Shown here piece after piece: positions 1-9,720 of a stretch of DNA of 42,829 nucleotides. Every line of letters starts with the position of its first letter. Position 1 is the first letter of the stretch. The translations under genes and the position numbers were made by a program. Under the pieces are notes generated by a model, which saw only the letters and a list, made by a program, of their open reading frames with translations, ran no database searches and was not told the origin of the DNA. The stretch is from an uncultured Acidimicrobiaceae bacterium (GTDB lineage: Bacteria > Actinomycetota > Acidimicrobiia > Acidimicrobiales > SZUA-35). The stretch spans positions 23,735 through 66,563 of the forward strand of contig CAZSTV010000004.1 of NCBI GenBank assembly GCA_964609665.1, read 5' to 3'.

Positions 1-1
1 C

Positions 2-631
2 CGCACCACGGCCGCCGCCGACGCCCTGGCCGGCGCCGGGGCCAAGGTCGAGACGGTGTCGGTGCCCTCCACCGTGGCCGGGCTGTCGGCCTACTACATG
101 ATTGCGCCGGCCGAAGCGTCGTCGAACCTGGCCCGCTACGACGGGGTTCGCTACGGGCTGCGCCAGACCGGCCCGAACACCGCCTCCATGATGGCGGCGT
201 CGCGAACCGCCGGATTCGGTGATGAGGTCAAGCGCCGCATCATGCTCGGCACCTATGCCCTTTCCGCCGGCTACTACGACGCGTTCTACGGCAAGGCGCA
301 GAGAATCCGCACCGTCATGATTCGAGAATTTCAAGAGGTCTACCAGCAGTTCGATGTGCTGTTGACCCCGACGTCTCCCTGCGTTGCATTCCCGCTCGGA
401 GCTAAGGCCGATCCGCTCACCATGTACTACAACGACGTCTGCACCATCCCGTCGAACCTGACCGGTCAGCCCGCCATTTCGGTGCCGTTCGGGACCGGAG
501 CCGAAGGGCTCCCCGTCGGCGTGCAGATCCTGGCCCCCATGCTTGGCGAGGCTGACATGTTCCGCACCGCGGCGGTTCTCGAACACGCCGCCGCGACCAA
601 CACCGAGATTCAGACCGAGGTCGGCCGATGA
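2..631 (+). CDS. gatA: Asp/Glu-tRNA amidotransferase subunit A, 3' part (truncated by window start)
   Basis: Frame open from base 2; GatA motifs PAEASSNLARYDGVRYG, GFGDEVKRRIMLGTYALSAGYYDAFY; ATGA overlap with gatB. Confidence 0.96.
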   Translation, partial: RTTAAADALAGAGAKVETVSVPSTVAGLSAYYMIAPAEASSNLARYDGVRYGLRQTGPNTASMMAASRTAGFGDEVKRRIMLGTYALSAGYYDAFYGKAQRIRTVMIREFQEVYQQFDVLLTPTSPCVAFPLGAKADPLTMYYNDVCTIPSNLTGQPAISVPFGTGAEGLPVGVQILAPMLGEADMFRTAAVLEHAAATNTEIQTEVGR

Positions 632-2145
632 GCACCGTTGATCAGCAGGGTCCAATCGATACCGCGACGGGTACCCCGCTCTACACCACGCACACCAACT
701 CGATCGGCAGCGAGCCGGGGCTTCTGCCGGACGGCTGGGAGATGATCATCGGCCTTGAGGTCCACGCCGAGCTTTCGACCCAGACCAAAATGTTCTCCCC
801 GGCCCGCAACGAATTCGGTGGCGAGCCCAACACCAACATCCATCCGGTGTGCCTTGGGCTTCCCGGAACGCTCCCGGTACTCAACGAGAAAGCCGTTGAG
901 CTGGCCATCCGCATCGGCCTTGCCCTCAACTGCACGGTGCAGCGCTGCGTGTTTGCCAGGAAGAACTACTTCTACCCGGACATGCCGAAGGACTATCAGA
1001 TCAGCCAGTACGACCTGCCGCTGAACATCGACGGTCATCTTGACCTTGCGTCCGGTTCCACCATTGGCATCGAGCGGGCACACATGGAAGAGGACACCGG
1101 CAAGTCCACCCACATCGGCACCTCCGGTCGCATCCACGACGCGGGGTACTCCCTCGTCGACTACAACCGGGCCGGTGTGCCGCTGATCGAGATTGTCAGC
1201 AAGCCAGACATCCGTGGCCCGGAACAGGCCAAGGAATACGTTGAGGAGCTGCGGGCCATCCTCGTCGCCATCGAAGCCAGTGACGGCAAGATGGAGGAGG
1301 GGTCGATGCGGGTCGACGCCAACGTGTCGGTTCGTCCCGTCGGCGTTGACGAGCTGCGGACCCGGTGTGAAATCAAGAACGTGAACTCGCTACGGTCCCT
1401 CGGTCGGGCCATCACCTATGAGGCCAAGCGCCACGTCGACCTCTATGACGCGGGCGAAGCGCCCCGCCAGGAAACCCGTCACTGGGATGAGGAGGACGGC
1501 CGGACCCGTCCTGGCCGGTCAAAGGAAGAGGCCGAGGACTACCGCTACTTCGCCGACCCGGACCTTGTCCCCATCGAGCCGTCACAGGAGTGGATCGAGG
1601 AGATTCGGGCTGCTCTACCTGCGCTGCCCAAGCAGCGTCGAGAGGCGCTGACGGTCCACGGTGCCGAGATGGCTGCCGCCGCGATAGCAGTCGAGCGTGG
1701 CCTCGATGGCGTGGCCCTCGGGGCGATCGAAGCCGGGGCAGACCCGGACCGGGTACTCACCCACGTTGCAAACAACCTTGCCGTCGACGGAGCCGAAGCG
1801 TTGGCTCCCGCCGCCTTCGCCGAGCTTGTGAAGATGGAGACCGGCGGCGCCCTGACCGCAACCCAGGCCAAGCAGGTCCTCGCCGAGATGGTGGAGACCG
1901 GCAACGATCCGTCGTCAATCGCGGCCGCCCGCGGGTTTGAAGCGATGGACACCGGTGAACTCGAAGCCACCTTGGACGAGATCATCGCAGCAAACGGAGA
2001 CGAGTGGGAACGCTTCGTCGGCGGTGACGAGAAGGCCAGGCACAAGATGCAGGGCTTTTTCACCGGTCAGGTCATGAAGGCCACGAAGGGCCAGGCCGAC
2101 GGCAAGTTGGTGAACGAGCTGCTGAACAACAAGGCCAACGGCTGA
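628..2145 (+). CDS. gatB: Asp/Glu-tRNA amidotransferase subunit B
   Basis: IGLEVHAEL, RKNYFYPDMPKDYQISQ, HMEEDTGK, DYNRAGVPLIEIVS, MEEGSMRVDANVS, RSKEEAEDYRYF. Confidence 0.98.
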   Translation: MSTVDQQGPIDTATGTPLYTTHTNSIGSEPGLLPDGWEMIIGLEVHAELSTQTKMFSPARNEFGGEPNTNIHPVCLGLPGTLPVLNEKAVELAIRIGLALNCTVQRCVFARKNYFYPDMPKDYQISQYDLPLNIDGHLDLASGSTIGIERAHMEEDTGKSTHIGTSGRIHDAGYSLVDYNRAGVPLIEIVSKPDIRGPEQAKEYVEELRAILVAIEASDGKMEEGSMRVDANVSVRPVGVDELRTRCEIKNVNSLRSLGRAITYEAKRHVDLYDAGEAPRQETRHWDEEDGRTRPGRSKEEAEDYRYFADPDLVPIEPSQEWIEEIRAALPALPKQRREALTVHGAEMAAAAIAVERGLDGVALGAIEAGADPDRVLTHVANNLAVDGAEALAPAAFAELVKMETGGALTATQAKQVLAEMVETGNDPSSIAAARGFEAMDTGELEATLDEIIAANGDEWERFVGGDEKARHKMQGFFTGQVMKATKGQADGKLVNELLNNKANG

Positions 2146-2203
2146 CGCCTTAACCCACACACCGCCAGCGAACGCACGGACTACGAGGTAATTTCTCGGG
2201 TGC

Positions 2204-2233
2204 GGTAAACCAGATAGGGCCCTCGGGCATCTA
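2204..2233 (+). promoter_or_regulatory. Possible ECF-type promoter (AAC-N17-CATCTA) just upstream of the sigma gene
   Basis: GTAAAC-cagatagggccctcggg-CATCTA ends 7 nt before ATG 2241; resembles AAC/TC ECF promoters; weak. Confidence 0.3.
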
Positions 2234-2240
2234 GAAGGGT

Positions 2241-2870
2241 ATGAGCGTGGCAACAATGGACAGGGATCAGAGCGGTCACGGTCAACCACCGAAGGGGCCG
2301 CACTCCGTTGCCGATACTCAGAACGTCAACACCCAGAATGTTGACACCGAGAATGTTGACACCGTGACCTCCGCTGTCCTGCCTTCCGCAGCCCTTCCAG
2401 CGCTCTACGACCAGCACTTCCGTTCGTTGGTGAAACTGGCATCCATATATGTCGACACCCGCGAATCGGCAGAGGAAGTTGTCCAGGACGCCTTTGTGAA
2501 ACTGCTGTCGGGCAACTACCGGATCGAGGCGGGCAGGGAAGCGTCGTACCTGCGGATGATGGTCTTGAACGGGGCCCGTTCCACGCTGCGCAAGCGCCGG
2601 GTGCGGCGGTTACATACCCCGGATGCTCCTGGCCTTGTGGCTGCGGCCGAAGAGTCAGGGGTTGCCAGCTCCGAGCGTGACCGCATTTTGAATGCGGTCC
2701 GAAAGCTGTCTGAGAAACAGGCGTCGGTCATCATCCTGCGCTACTACCTCGACCTGTCCGAAGCGGAAATAGCCGAGACGCTCGGCATGGCCCGAGGATC
2801 GGTCAAGTCACATGCCCATCGAGGGCTCGCAAAACTTGAATCGATGCTCGGCGAAGGAGGTTTCCAATGA
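2241..2870 (+). CDS. ECF RNA polymerase sigma factor (SigE-like)
   Basis: Region 2 AEEVVQDAFVK; region 4 LSEKQASVIILRYYLDLSEAEIAETLGMARGSVKSHAHRGL. Confidence 0.93.
   Translation: MSVATMDRDQSGHGQPPKGPHSVADTQNVNTQNVDTENVDTVTSAVLPSAALPALYDQHFRSLVKLASIYVDTRESAEEVVQDAFVKLLSGNYRIEAGREASYLRMMVLNGARSTLRKRRVRRLHTPDAPGLVAAAEESGVASSERDRILNAVRKLSEKQASVIILRYYLDLSEAEIAETLGMARGSVKSHAHRGLAKLESMLGEGGFQ
2313..2364 (+). repeat. Imperfect 15-bp tandem repeat (about 3.5 copies) encoding DTQNV-NTQNV-DTENV-DT
   Basis: GATACTCAGAACGTC AACACCCAGAATGTT GACACCGAGAATGTT GACACCG. Confidence 0.85.
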
Positions 2871-4564
2871 GCGACGAGAACATCTCCGGTGGCAACCCCA
2901 TGAACGACGAACTCGACCCGGATGGTCGCTTTACCGCTCTGACCGGCAACCTCGGTTCCGCGTTTCAGGCCCAGGCAGATCGCTTCGAGCCGTCGAACGA
3001 CGCCTACGCCAAGCTGGCTCACGCCGTAACAGAAGATCAGGATCGGCGGGCCAACCAGAGCCGAGCCGTCGGATGGTTCCGGCCGCTCGCCGCTGCGGCA
3101 GCGGTTGTCGCCGTCGTGGGCGTCGGCGGCGTGTTTGTTGCCAATCAGGGCTCACAGTCACTGGACACCGGTCCTGGCGGAGACGACGGTACCGCCGCGG
3201 CCGAGGTCGCTTCGGAAGAACAGGGCGAGTCGGACGAGACCACTCCACCAACCGAAGATCCGGTGGTTGCCACCACCGAGCCTGCAACGGCAGACGGCGA
3301 GACCGAGAGCCCGACTGAGACAGACAACGGCGAGTCCGCCACCTCGAACGCCGATGGTGTCCCCGGGTACGGGCCCATCCGAGCAACAGAACTTGAAGCG
3401 GCCCAGGCCTTTATGGACCTGCTGCGGCTGGACAACGGTGCGCCGGAGATGGACGCCGATGGCCGGGTACTGGTGAGGAGCTTCGGTGAAGGTGGCGTCG
3501 GCGAGGGCAGGATCGTTGCCGAACTGGCCATGGCCAACCTGAACGAAGGGTTCGCCGTTGCCGAGGCCTACGCCGAGCTGATCTTCGTCGACGCAGTCTT
3601 TCAAGGCCCGGACGACGGTTCGACCATGCGGATTGAAGGCTCGGGCACCGGGTTCGAGTCGGTCCTGGACATCAAGGTCATGGCGGCATTCGACAACCGG
3701 GTGCTCGGGTCCGGGTTTGTCACGGCCGGCAATCTAGGCGAGCCGACACCCTTCACCGCCGAGGTGGACGTTGTTGGCGACGAACACGGCTGGGTGGTGG
3801 TGTCCTCATCCGGGGGAGCTTCCGGAGTGATCGATCCGTTTGCCGCCAAGCCGGTCTCGTTCAAGTCTGTGACCGATCCGACAGAGTACGCCGTGATCGG
3901 TGTTGCCGCCGATGACCCCGACGGGGGACTGGTCGTGCGCAGCGGACCGGGCACCGGCAACGATGCGGTCGGCGTCATCCCCGGGGGTACCACCGGTCTG
4001 CGCCGCAACGCGGAGTATCCGGTGCCGGTCGGAACCGGCACCTGGTGGTCGGTCACCACCGAGGACGGCCTCTCCGGCTGGGTCAACAGCCGCTACGTCG
4101 CATCGAATGAGGCGGTCAGCGCTGATCAGCTCGCATCGCTTGCTTCCCAGCTGCCGTTCCTCATCACCGAGCCCGCAGGCCTTCCGCTGATTCGTCGGGC
4201 TCCGGTCGCCATCGGCACCATCGGCGATCCGCTCGCCGCAACCGCCGCCGAGCTGCGGGAGGGATCTGGTTGGACCGACAAACGCTCGTTCCCGTTCCCC
4301 GACTCCTACGGGGAGCCGCAGGAGACGTCGCTCATAGCGCTCACCGAGGCCGAGGGTTGGGTGGACATCTCACCGGAGATCGGTGGGCTGTACACCTATG
4401 AGTCGGTGCGAGAAGCGGCGTCGGTCAACTTCGCTGGCCTCTCATCGATCGTGTTCGCTCAAGACAATCCGACCGGGCCGTGGGCCAAGACGTCGGTGTT
4501 TGTAGAAGACACCCCTGGTCAACCGGAGATTGTTGCGATCGTCGTCGAGGTGCAGGAGCCCTAA
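2867..4564 (+). CDS. Single-TM anti-sigma-like protein with extracytoplasmic Gmad2/Ig-like and SH3b domains
   Basis: ATGA-coupled to sigma gene; TM LAAAAAVVAVVGVGGVFV; acidic T/E/P linker; IEGSGTGFES...FVTAG...TPFTAEV (Gmad2-like); GLVVRSGPG...WWSV...GWVNSRYV (SH3b). Confidence 0.75.
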   Translation: MSDENISGGNPMNDELDPDGRFTALTGNLGSAFQAQADRFEPSNDAYAKLAHAVTEDQDRRANQSRAVGWFRPLAAAAAVVAVVGVGGVFVANQGSQSLDTGPGGDDGTAAAEVASEEQGESDETTPPTEDPVVATTEPATADGETESPTETDNGESATSNADGVPGYGPIRATELEAAQAFMDLLRLDNGAPEMDADGRVLVRSFGEGGVGEGRIVAELAMANLNEGFAVAEAYAELIFVDAVFQGPDDGSTMRIEGSGTGFESVLDIKVMAAFDNRVLGSGFVTAGNLGEPTPFTAEVDVVGDEHGWVVVSSSGGASGVIDPFAAKPVSFKSVTDPTEYAVIGVAADDPDGGLVVRSGPGTGNDAVGVIPGGTTGLRRNAEYPVPVGTGTWWSVTTEDGLSGWVNSRYVASNEAVSADQLASLASQLPFLITEPAGLPLIRRAPVAIGTIGDPLAATAAELREGSGWTDKRSFPFPDSYGEPQETSLIALTEAEGWVDISPEIGGLYTYESVREAASVNFAGLSSIVFAQDNPTGPWAKTSVFVEDTPGQPEIVAIVVEVQEP

Positions 4565-4606
4565 CTGTCTGAGGTGGCAAACAGTCTGGGCCGGGCGTGG
4601 GCCGCC

Positions 4607-5929
4607 TCAGCTGCCGAGTACGACCCAGCGGTCGCTCCGCCACCGCCACCACAGCGTGACGGCCCGTAGCAACATGAAGAAGCTGATCAGCGCCCACAGC
4701 CACCCGAGGCCCTTATCCGAGGTGATAAGCCAGGCACCGAGCCCGGCGAAAATCACAGCGGCTCCGGCCATGGTTCGGCCAAGGTACGACATGTCGCCCG
4801 CCCCGATGAGGATGCCGTCCAGCGCAAACACGTAGCCGTTCAACGGCTCCGAGACGGCCACCCAGACGAGGACGAACGCAGTTGCGGCAACCACCTCGGG
4901 ATCGTTGCTGAACAGCGCGGCCAACGGTTCACGCACCGCCAGGATGGCAATGGCACTGACCACGCCCAGCCCCACGTCGATTTGGATCATTCGCCGTGCT
5001 GCACCCTTTGCTTTGTCTGCGATGCCGGCCCCCAACCAGCGGCCGGTGAGGGCTTGACCGGCGATGGCGACGGCGTCCAGGGCGAGCGCCAGGGTGCCCC
5101 AGATCTGCATGGCGACCTGGTGGGCGGCAAGTTCGGCGACGCCAACACGGGCCGCAATTGCGGTTCCGAGAGTGAACGAACCACGGAGCGCAACGGCCCG
5201 CAGAATGAGGGCCCGACCCGCAACCATCAACTTGGTGATCGCCGAGAGGTCCGGTCGCAGCGACACCCCGATTCGTCTGGCCCACCGGATGACCACAACT
5301 GCGAACACCAACCCGGTGCCAACCTGGGCGATCACTGTCGACAACGCCGATGCTCCGACGCCGTACCCAAGCCCGGGCACCAGGATCAACTCGATGACAA
5401 GGTTGGTCACCGCTCCGGCGATGGCCACGAGAAGCGGCGTCCTGGTGTCTTGGCGCCCGGTGAACGCCCCCGCACCGGCCAGGTTTAACAGGAGGAACGG
5501 CAGTCCGATCAGGCTGATGTAGAGATATCGCCGGGCCGCGATGAGGGCGTCGCCTTCACCGCCGAGCAGCTCAAGGAACCAGTCGCCGGTCACCGTCAGC
5601 AGCCCGGCGAAGAACGTGCCGAGTGCCATGGCCAGCCACAACCCCTGGGCCGACTGAAACGCGGCGTCGGACTCTCGTTCTGCGCCGATAAGTCGGGCCA
5701 CCGTTGCCGTCGTCCCGTAGGTGAGAAACAGGGTAAGGGTGTGCACGCTGAGCAGGACCGTAGTGGCGAGTGCCAGCCCGGCCAGTTCGGTGGTGCCGAG
5801 CCTCCCGACGATTGCGGTGTCCGCGAGCACGTAGAGGGGTTCGGCCACCAGCGTTCCAAGGGCTGGAACGGCCAGTCGGGCAATATCACGGTCGTACGGG
5901 CTCAATTTTGGACGCAGCGAGATGCCCAC
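4607..5929 (-). CDS. MATE family efflux transporter (DinF-like)
   Basis: LAVPALGTLVAEPLYVLADTAIVGRLG; about 12 hydrophobic segments; LAAHQV, DGILIGAGD. Confidence 0.93.
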   Translation of the reverse strand: MGISLRPKLSPYDRDIARLAVPALGTLVAEPLYVLADTAIVGRLGTTELAGLALATTVLLSVHTLTLFLTYGTTATVARLIGAERESDAAFQSAQGLWLAMALGTFFAGLLTVTGDWFLELLGGEGDALIAARRYLYISLIGLPFLLLNLAGAGAFTGRQDTRTPLLVAIAGAVTNLVIELILVPGLGYGVGASALSTVIAQVGTGLVFAVVVIRWARRIGVSLRPDLSAITKLMVAGRALILRAVALRGSFTLGTAIAARVGVAELAAHQVAMQIWGTLALALDAVAIAGQALTGRWLGAGIADKAKGAARRMIQIDVGLGVVSAIAILAVREPLAALFSNDPEVVAATAFVLVWVAVSEPLNGYVFALDGILIGAGDMSYLGRTMAGAAVIFAGLGAWLITSDKGLGWLWALISFFMLLRAVTLWWRWRSDRWVVLGS

Positions 5930-5999
5930 GTTGGAGTATGCCAGCGAAACGCCGCAGCACTGGGCAGAGCTCTTTAAACGGTCGTTAGGTCGGCGCTTC

Positions 6000-6005
6000 T
6001 ATGCT
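6000..6005 (+). promoter_or_regulatory. -10 element of leaderless rhomboid transcript
   Basis: TATGCT-N6-GTG(6012). Confidence 0.6.
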
Positions 6006-6011
6006 GGGTAC

Positions 6012-6824
6012 GTGCTGACAGAAGACACGGTGTGCTACCGCCACCCCCAAATCAGAGCAGCGGTCGGTTGTCAGCGCTGCGAGCGGCCGATCTGTCCAGA
6101 GTGCATGACCCAGGCCTCCATCGGGCACCACTGTCCGAGCTGCCTCGGCGAAGGCAACCAGCAGGTCTACACCACCCGAAACATGCCCCGCAGCGCGGTC
6201 ACCGTGATCCAGATTCTCATCGGCATCAACGCGATCGCGTTTGTCGGGCAGCTGCTCAGCCCGACCGACCTGAATATCGGTTGGCTGTTCGGGCCCGCGG
6301 TGGCGGCAGGGGAGTGGTGGCGGGTCATCACCTCGGCATTCCTCCACGGATCGCTCATCCACATCGGCTTCAACATGTACGGCCTCTGGATCCTTGGCAA
6401 TCCGCTCCTCGAAGGTCTTGGCAAGATCCGTTTCCTGCTTGTGTACCTGACCGGGTTGCTCGGTGGCTCGTTCGCTGTGCTGGCGTTTGACTTCGGCGCT
6501 CCGACGTTGGGCGCATCCGGCGCGGTCCTCGGCCTTGCCGGCGCCCTGGCGGCGGTCCTGTGGTCTCGCGGCGTCTCCCTCACCCAGACGCCGCTCGGGT
6601 TCATCCTGGCGCTCAACCTGGGTCTGCCGCTCCTGGTCGGCGGCATCTCGTTCTGGGGACACTTTGGCGGTATCTTCGCCGGGTTCGCCGGTGGATGGTT
6701 GCTGAGTTGGCTGCCCCACCGCTTCGGCCGGACTCAGACCGAGGGGATCATCGCCACCCTCAGCCTCTGTGCGGTGCTCGTGGTGGGAATGGTGATGGTC
6801 GTGGGCTCGCGGGGGCTGCTCTAG
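6012..6824 (+). CDS. Rhomboid intramembrane serine protease with N-terminal B-box-like Zn finger
   Basis: CYRHP..CQRCERPICPEC..CPSC; WWRVITSAFLH, HIGFNM, catalytic GASG and GHFGG; start moved from 5922 to 6012 (avoids overlap with MATE, fits a leaderless -10). Confidence 0.92.
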   Translation: MLTEDTVCYRHPQIRAAVGCQRCERPICPECMTQASIGHHCPSCLGEGNQQVYTTRNMPRSAVTVIQILIGINAIAFVGQLLSPTDLNIGWLFGPAVAAGEWWRVITSAFLHGSLIHIGFNMYGLWILGNPLLEGLGKIRFLLVYLTGLLGGSFAVLAFDFGAPTLGASGAVLGLAGALAAVLWSRGVSLTQTPLGFILALNLGLPLLVGGISFWGHFGGIFAGFAGGWLLSWLPHRFGRTQTEGIIATLSLCAVLVVGMVMVVGSRGLL

Positions 6825-6828
6825 GTAT

Positions 6829-7506
6829 TCAGGCCGAGACGGCCAGATGCTGCAGTAAGAACTCCTGGGTTCGCTCCCAGGCCAGCGTTGCTGCTGCCTC
6901 GTCGAAATGGTCGCCCTCTTCGAAGAACCAGTGGCCCGTGCCCGGATAGAGATGGAACTCGGTCTCACGGCCGCCGAGCCGGATGAAGGACTCGGTGACG
7001 ACCCGGTCTTCTTCACTGACGATGTGATCGTCCTCGGCGTAGTGGCCCTGGTAGATGGCGGTTGCGTCGTCGAAGTCAATGGACTGGGAGCCGTAGAACG
7101 ACACCACCGCCCCGACCTCGGTCGTCAGCCGGGCCGAGAGCCACAGCGCAAGCGACGCTCCCATCGAAAAGCCGATGACAGCGATGGGTCGCTCCGCATC
7201 GGCCGAGGCGGCACGCAGCGCCTGGGCGGATGACATGACAAGGCCGGAGAGTTCGTCGGGGTCAACCGCGGCGAGGACCGCTTCACCCTCGGCCTCGGTC
7301 ATTGGCTGGACACCATCGAACAGGTCGGGGGCCAGCGCCGTGTAGCCACTGTCGGCCACGCGGCGACAGAAATCCTTGGTCCACGGGTTGAGCCCCCACC
7401 AGGAGTGCAGGATCAACACACCGGCTCCCGGTCCGCCCTTGGGGTCTATGAGAAACGCCTCGCCGGCTTTGCGATTGGTGAACGGCGACGGGGCATCCGA
7501 AGACAT
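6829..7506 (-). CDS. Dienelactone hydrolase family protein
   Basis: LHSWWGL, GYTALAPDLF, GFSMG nucleophile elbow, YPGTGHWF. Confidence 0.9.
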   Translation of the reverse strand: MSSDAPSPFTNRKAGEAFLIDPKGGPGAGVLILHSWWGLNPWTKDFCRRVADSGYTALAPDLFDGVQPMTEAEGEAVLAAVDPDELSGLVMSSAQALRAASADAERPIAVIGFSMGASLALWLSARLTTEVGAVVSFYGSQSIDFDDATAIYQGHYAEDDHIVSEEDRVVTESFIRLGGRETEFHLYPGTGHWFFEEGDHFDEAAATLAWERTQEFLLQHLAVSA

Positions 7507-7512
7507 GGAAGC

Positions 7513-7518
7513 ATGCTA
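7513..7518 (-). promoter_or_regulatory. -10 element of leaderless transcript
   Basis: TAGCAT-N6-ATG(7506) on minus strand. Confidence 0.6.
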
Positions 7519-7538
7519 CAGCGGAGAGCCCCTTGGCC

Positions 7539-9674
7539 TCAGCTCGCTGCCTCATTCATCGCTCTGCTCTGTTTCCATGCGGCGATTCGCTCCCCACTTG
7601 TTTCGTAACCCCGGTCTGCGACCTGCTGCACTCCCGAGAAGTCCAGCAGCCCGACCCCTCGCAGATCGAGGTCCAGGTACAGGTCGATGACGTCCCGCTC
7701 GATTGAAAGGTCCCGGTCCCGGGTGGAGGCGATCAGCGTTGAGCGCATCAGGACGCCACCAAGGCCGGGGTACAGGTTCGGCTTGCGGCGCAGCTTCGCA
7801 CCGATGGCGGACCACCCCGAGACCGACAGTCCGTAGTCGCTCTTAGCCCGGGGTCCGGTCGGAGGTGTCACGTCCGAGGCGATGATGGTGCCGATGGACG
7901 GGTCGTCCTCAACGAGCGAGACCGGGAGATTGTCGAGCACGCCACCGTCGACGAGAAGGTCATTGCCGCTCGGAACCGGTGGCAGCACCCCGGGGATCGC
8001 CACCGATGCTCGCACCGCAAAGTGGCATGGGCCGCGACGCAGATGCACCGACTCGGACGTGGTGATGTTGGTGGCAATGCAGGCGAAGGGGAGCCACAGG
8101 TCCTCGATGTCCCAGGCGCCGAACTGTCGCTCGATGCTTGCGGTGATCCGCTTACCGCTGAGCAACGACACCAACGGAAGCGTGTAGTCCATCAGGTTGT
8201 TCACCTGAGAGTCGATGATGGACACCCTGTCGCTGGGGTCGGGCCGCTGTGCGACGACGGCGGCGATCACCGAGCCCATGGACGTGCCGACAACGCGGTC
8301 GACGGGAATGCCGTGCTCGTCCAGGCTCTTCAAGACGCCAAGGTGGGCAAACCCTCGAGCGCCGCCGCCGCTGAGCACCAGCGCGTGGCCCCGTCCGCCC
8401 GCCAACCGTGCCAGGTGGCACAGGTCGTCGGCGTTGTTGCGGCGGAGATGGTGCACCTCGTCAGCGTCGAACCGTTCTCGGAGCGCGGCCGTGCCGTGAG
8501 GTCGCTCGGTGCCGTCGGGGTGGCTGACCGCAAGCCAGACCGGCACATTGGCAGGGACCTGGCTCCGCAGACCGCGCAGCGTCCGCTCCTCGTCGGCGTC
8601 AGGGGCCGGGCTGCAGACAAACACGATCTGGTCCGCGTAGCGAAACGACCGGGCGACCCACTGCTCATCCTTCGGGTCCGCTTCGAGTAAGAGGTGGTCG
8701 AAGTCCGCCTCAGCGTGATGGATCAGTTCGGCAAGTCTGGTCTCGCCAAATCCGCCGGTCGGCGTTTGGGCAATGCCGGGCTGTCGTAGTCGCCGGTCGA
8801 CCTCCGCGGCCGAGAGATGCAGGGTGGAGCCGTGCAACGTCAACTCGTTGGTCATCTGACTACACAGCGCCCGGTCATCGACCGCGGCCGTCATCGCTAT
8901 GGCCACCGAGCGGGCCGGATGGGCCCGCCTGCTCGTTCCGTCCGCCCGATCGATCACCCGACGGATCAAGCCCATGGTCAAACCGGAGAAGTTGCCCGAC
9001 AGCGTTGCGAAGTCCTCGGCAGACAGTCGAGCCAGCATGGTGTCTCGGACAGCGAGCACCGTTGCGTTCCTGGGTCTGCCGTCGAGCAGGCCCAACTCGC
9101 CGATGATCTCGCCACGGCCAACTTCGAAGGGCGCCACCCCGTTCACTCGCGGCGCCTCAAGACGTCCGCTGATCACCAGGTAGGCGGCGTCGGCCAGTTG
9201 ACCCTGCTCGAACAGAACTTCACCGGGGGCAAGGGTCTTCCACGTGACAATCTTGGCAATCGCCGAGACCACCCGGTTGTCCGCAACTTCGAGTTCCTCC
9301 GCGAGCAGCGCTGCCACCCGTGTGCGGTCGGAGCGTTCCCGGGCCACGTTTACCGCTTCGAGCGCTTCATCGGCTTGCTCGGCAAAGACCTCGCCAAGCG
9401 CCTCGGCACCGATGACCGCAACCGACCCGCTGTCGACCGAACGCAACGTCGCGGTGCGGTAGCCGCCAACCATTGCCGTGACCTCTCCAATGAGGGTCCC
9501 TGGACCGTGAACGGCGACCACCAGGTCATCGCCGATCACCGTCTCGATTTGGCCGTCGAGGACGATGAAGGCTTCCCGGCTTGCCTCATTCTCTCGACAG
9601 AGGACCTCGGTTGGTGTCAGTTGGCGGCTCTCGGAGCGGCGAAGCAGCGCCTCGATCAGTTTTTCTTGCGCCAC
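7539..9674 (-). CDS. cNMP-binding (two domains) patatin-like phospholipase (NTE-like)
   Basis: Two cNMP-binding cassettes (GE...RTAT, GELGL...PRNAT); patatin GGGARG, GTSMG, DGG; SD-like AAGGGGG before GTG. Confidence 0.92.
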   Translation of the reverse strand: MAQEKLIEALLRRSESRQLTPTEVLCRENEASREAFIVLDGQIETVIGDDLVVAVHGPGTLIGEVTAMVGGYRTATLRSVDSGSVAVIGAEALGEVFAEQADEALEAVNVARERSDRTRVAALLAEELEVADNRVVSAIAKIVTWKTLAPGEVLFEQGQLADAAYLVISGRLEAPRVNGVAPFEVGRGEIIGELGLLDGRPRNATVLAVRDTMLARLSAEDFATLSGNFSGLTMGLIRRVIDRADGTSRRAHPARSVAIAMTAAVDDRALCSQMTNELTLHGSTLHLSAAEVDRRLRQPGIAQTPTGGFGETRLAELIHHAEADFDHLLLEADPKDEQWVARSFRYADQIVFVCSPAPDADEERTLRGLRSQVPANVPVWLAVSHPDGTERPHGTAALRERFDADEVHHLRRNNADDLCHLARLAGGRGHALVLSGGGARGFAHLGVLKSLDEHGIPVDRVVGTSMGSVIAAVVAQRPDPSDRVSIIDSQVNNLMDYTLPLVSLLSGKRITASIERQFGAWDIEDLWLPFACIATNITTSESVHLRRGPCHFAVRASVAIPGVLPPVPSGNDLLVDGGVLDNLPVSLVEDDPSIGTIIASDVTPPTGPRAKSDYGLSVSGWSAIGAKLRRKPNLYPGLGGVLMRSTLIASTRDRDLSIERDVIDLYLDLDLRGVGLLDFSGVQQVADRGYETSGERIAAWKQSRAMNEAAS

Positions 9675-9701
9675 TCGCCCCCCTTGGCCGCCATCCGGCT
9701 T

Positions 9702-9720
9702 CTAGATACTAGATACTAGG
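9702..9720. repeat. 7-bp tandem repeat CTAGATA x2 + CTAGG in divergent promoter region
   Basis: CTAGATA CTAGATA CTAGG; minus strand reads TAGTAT-C-TAGTAT. Confidence 0.7.

Noticed and set aside
1-140. Apparently higher GC at the window start as a chimera or HGT signal
   Set aside because: Too short to judge by eye, and the gatA frame is continuous
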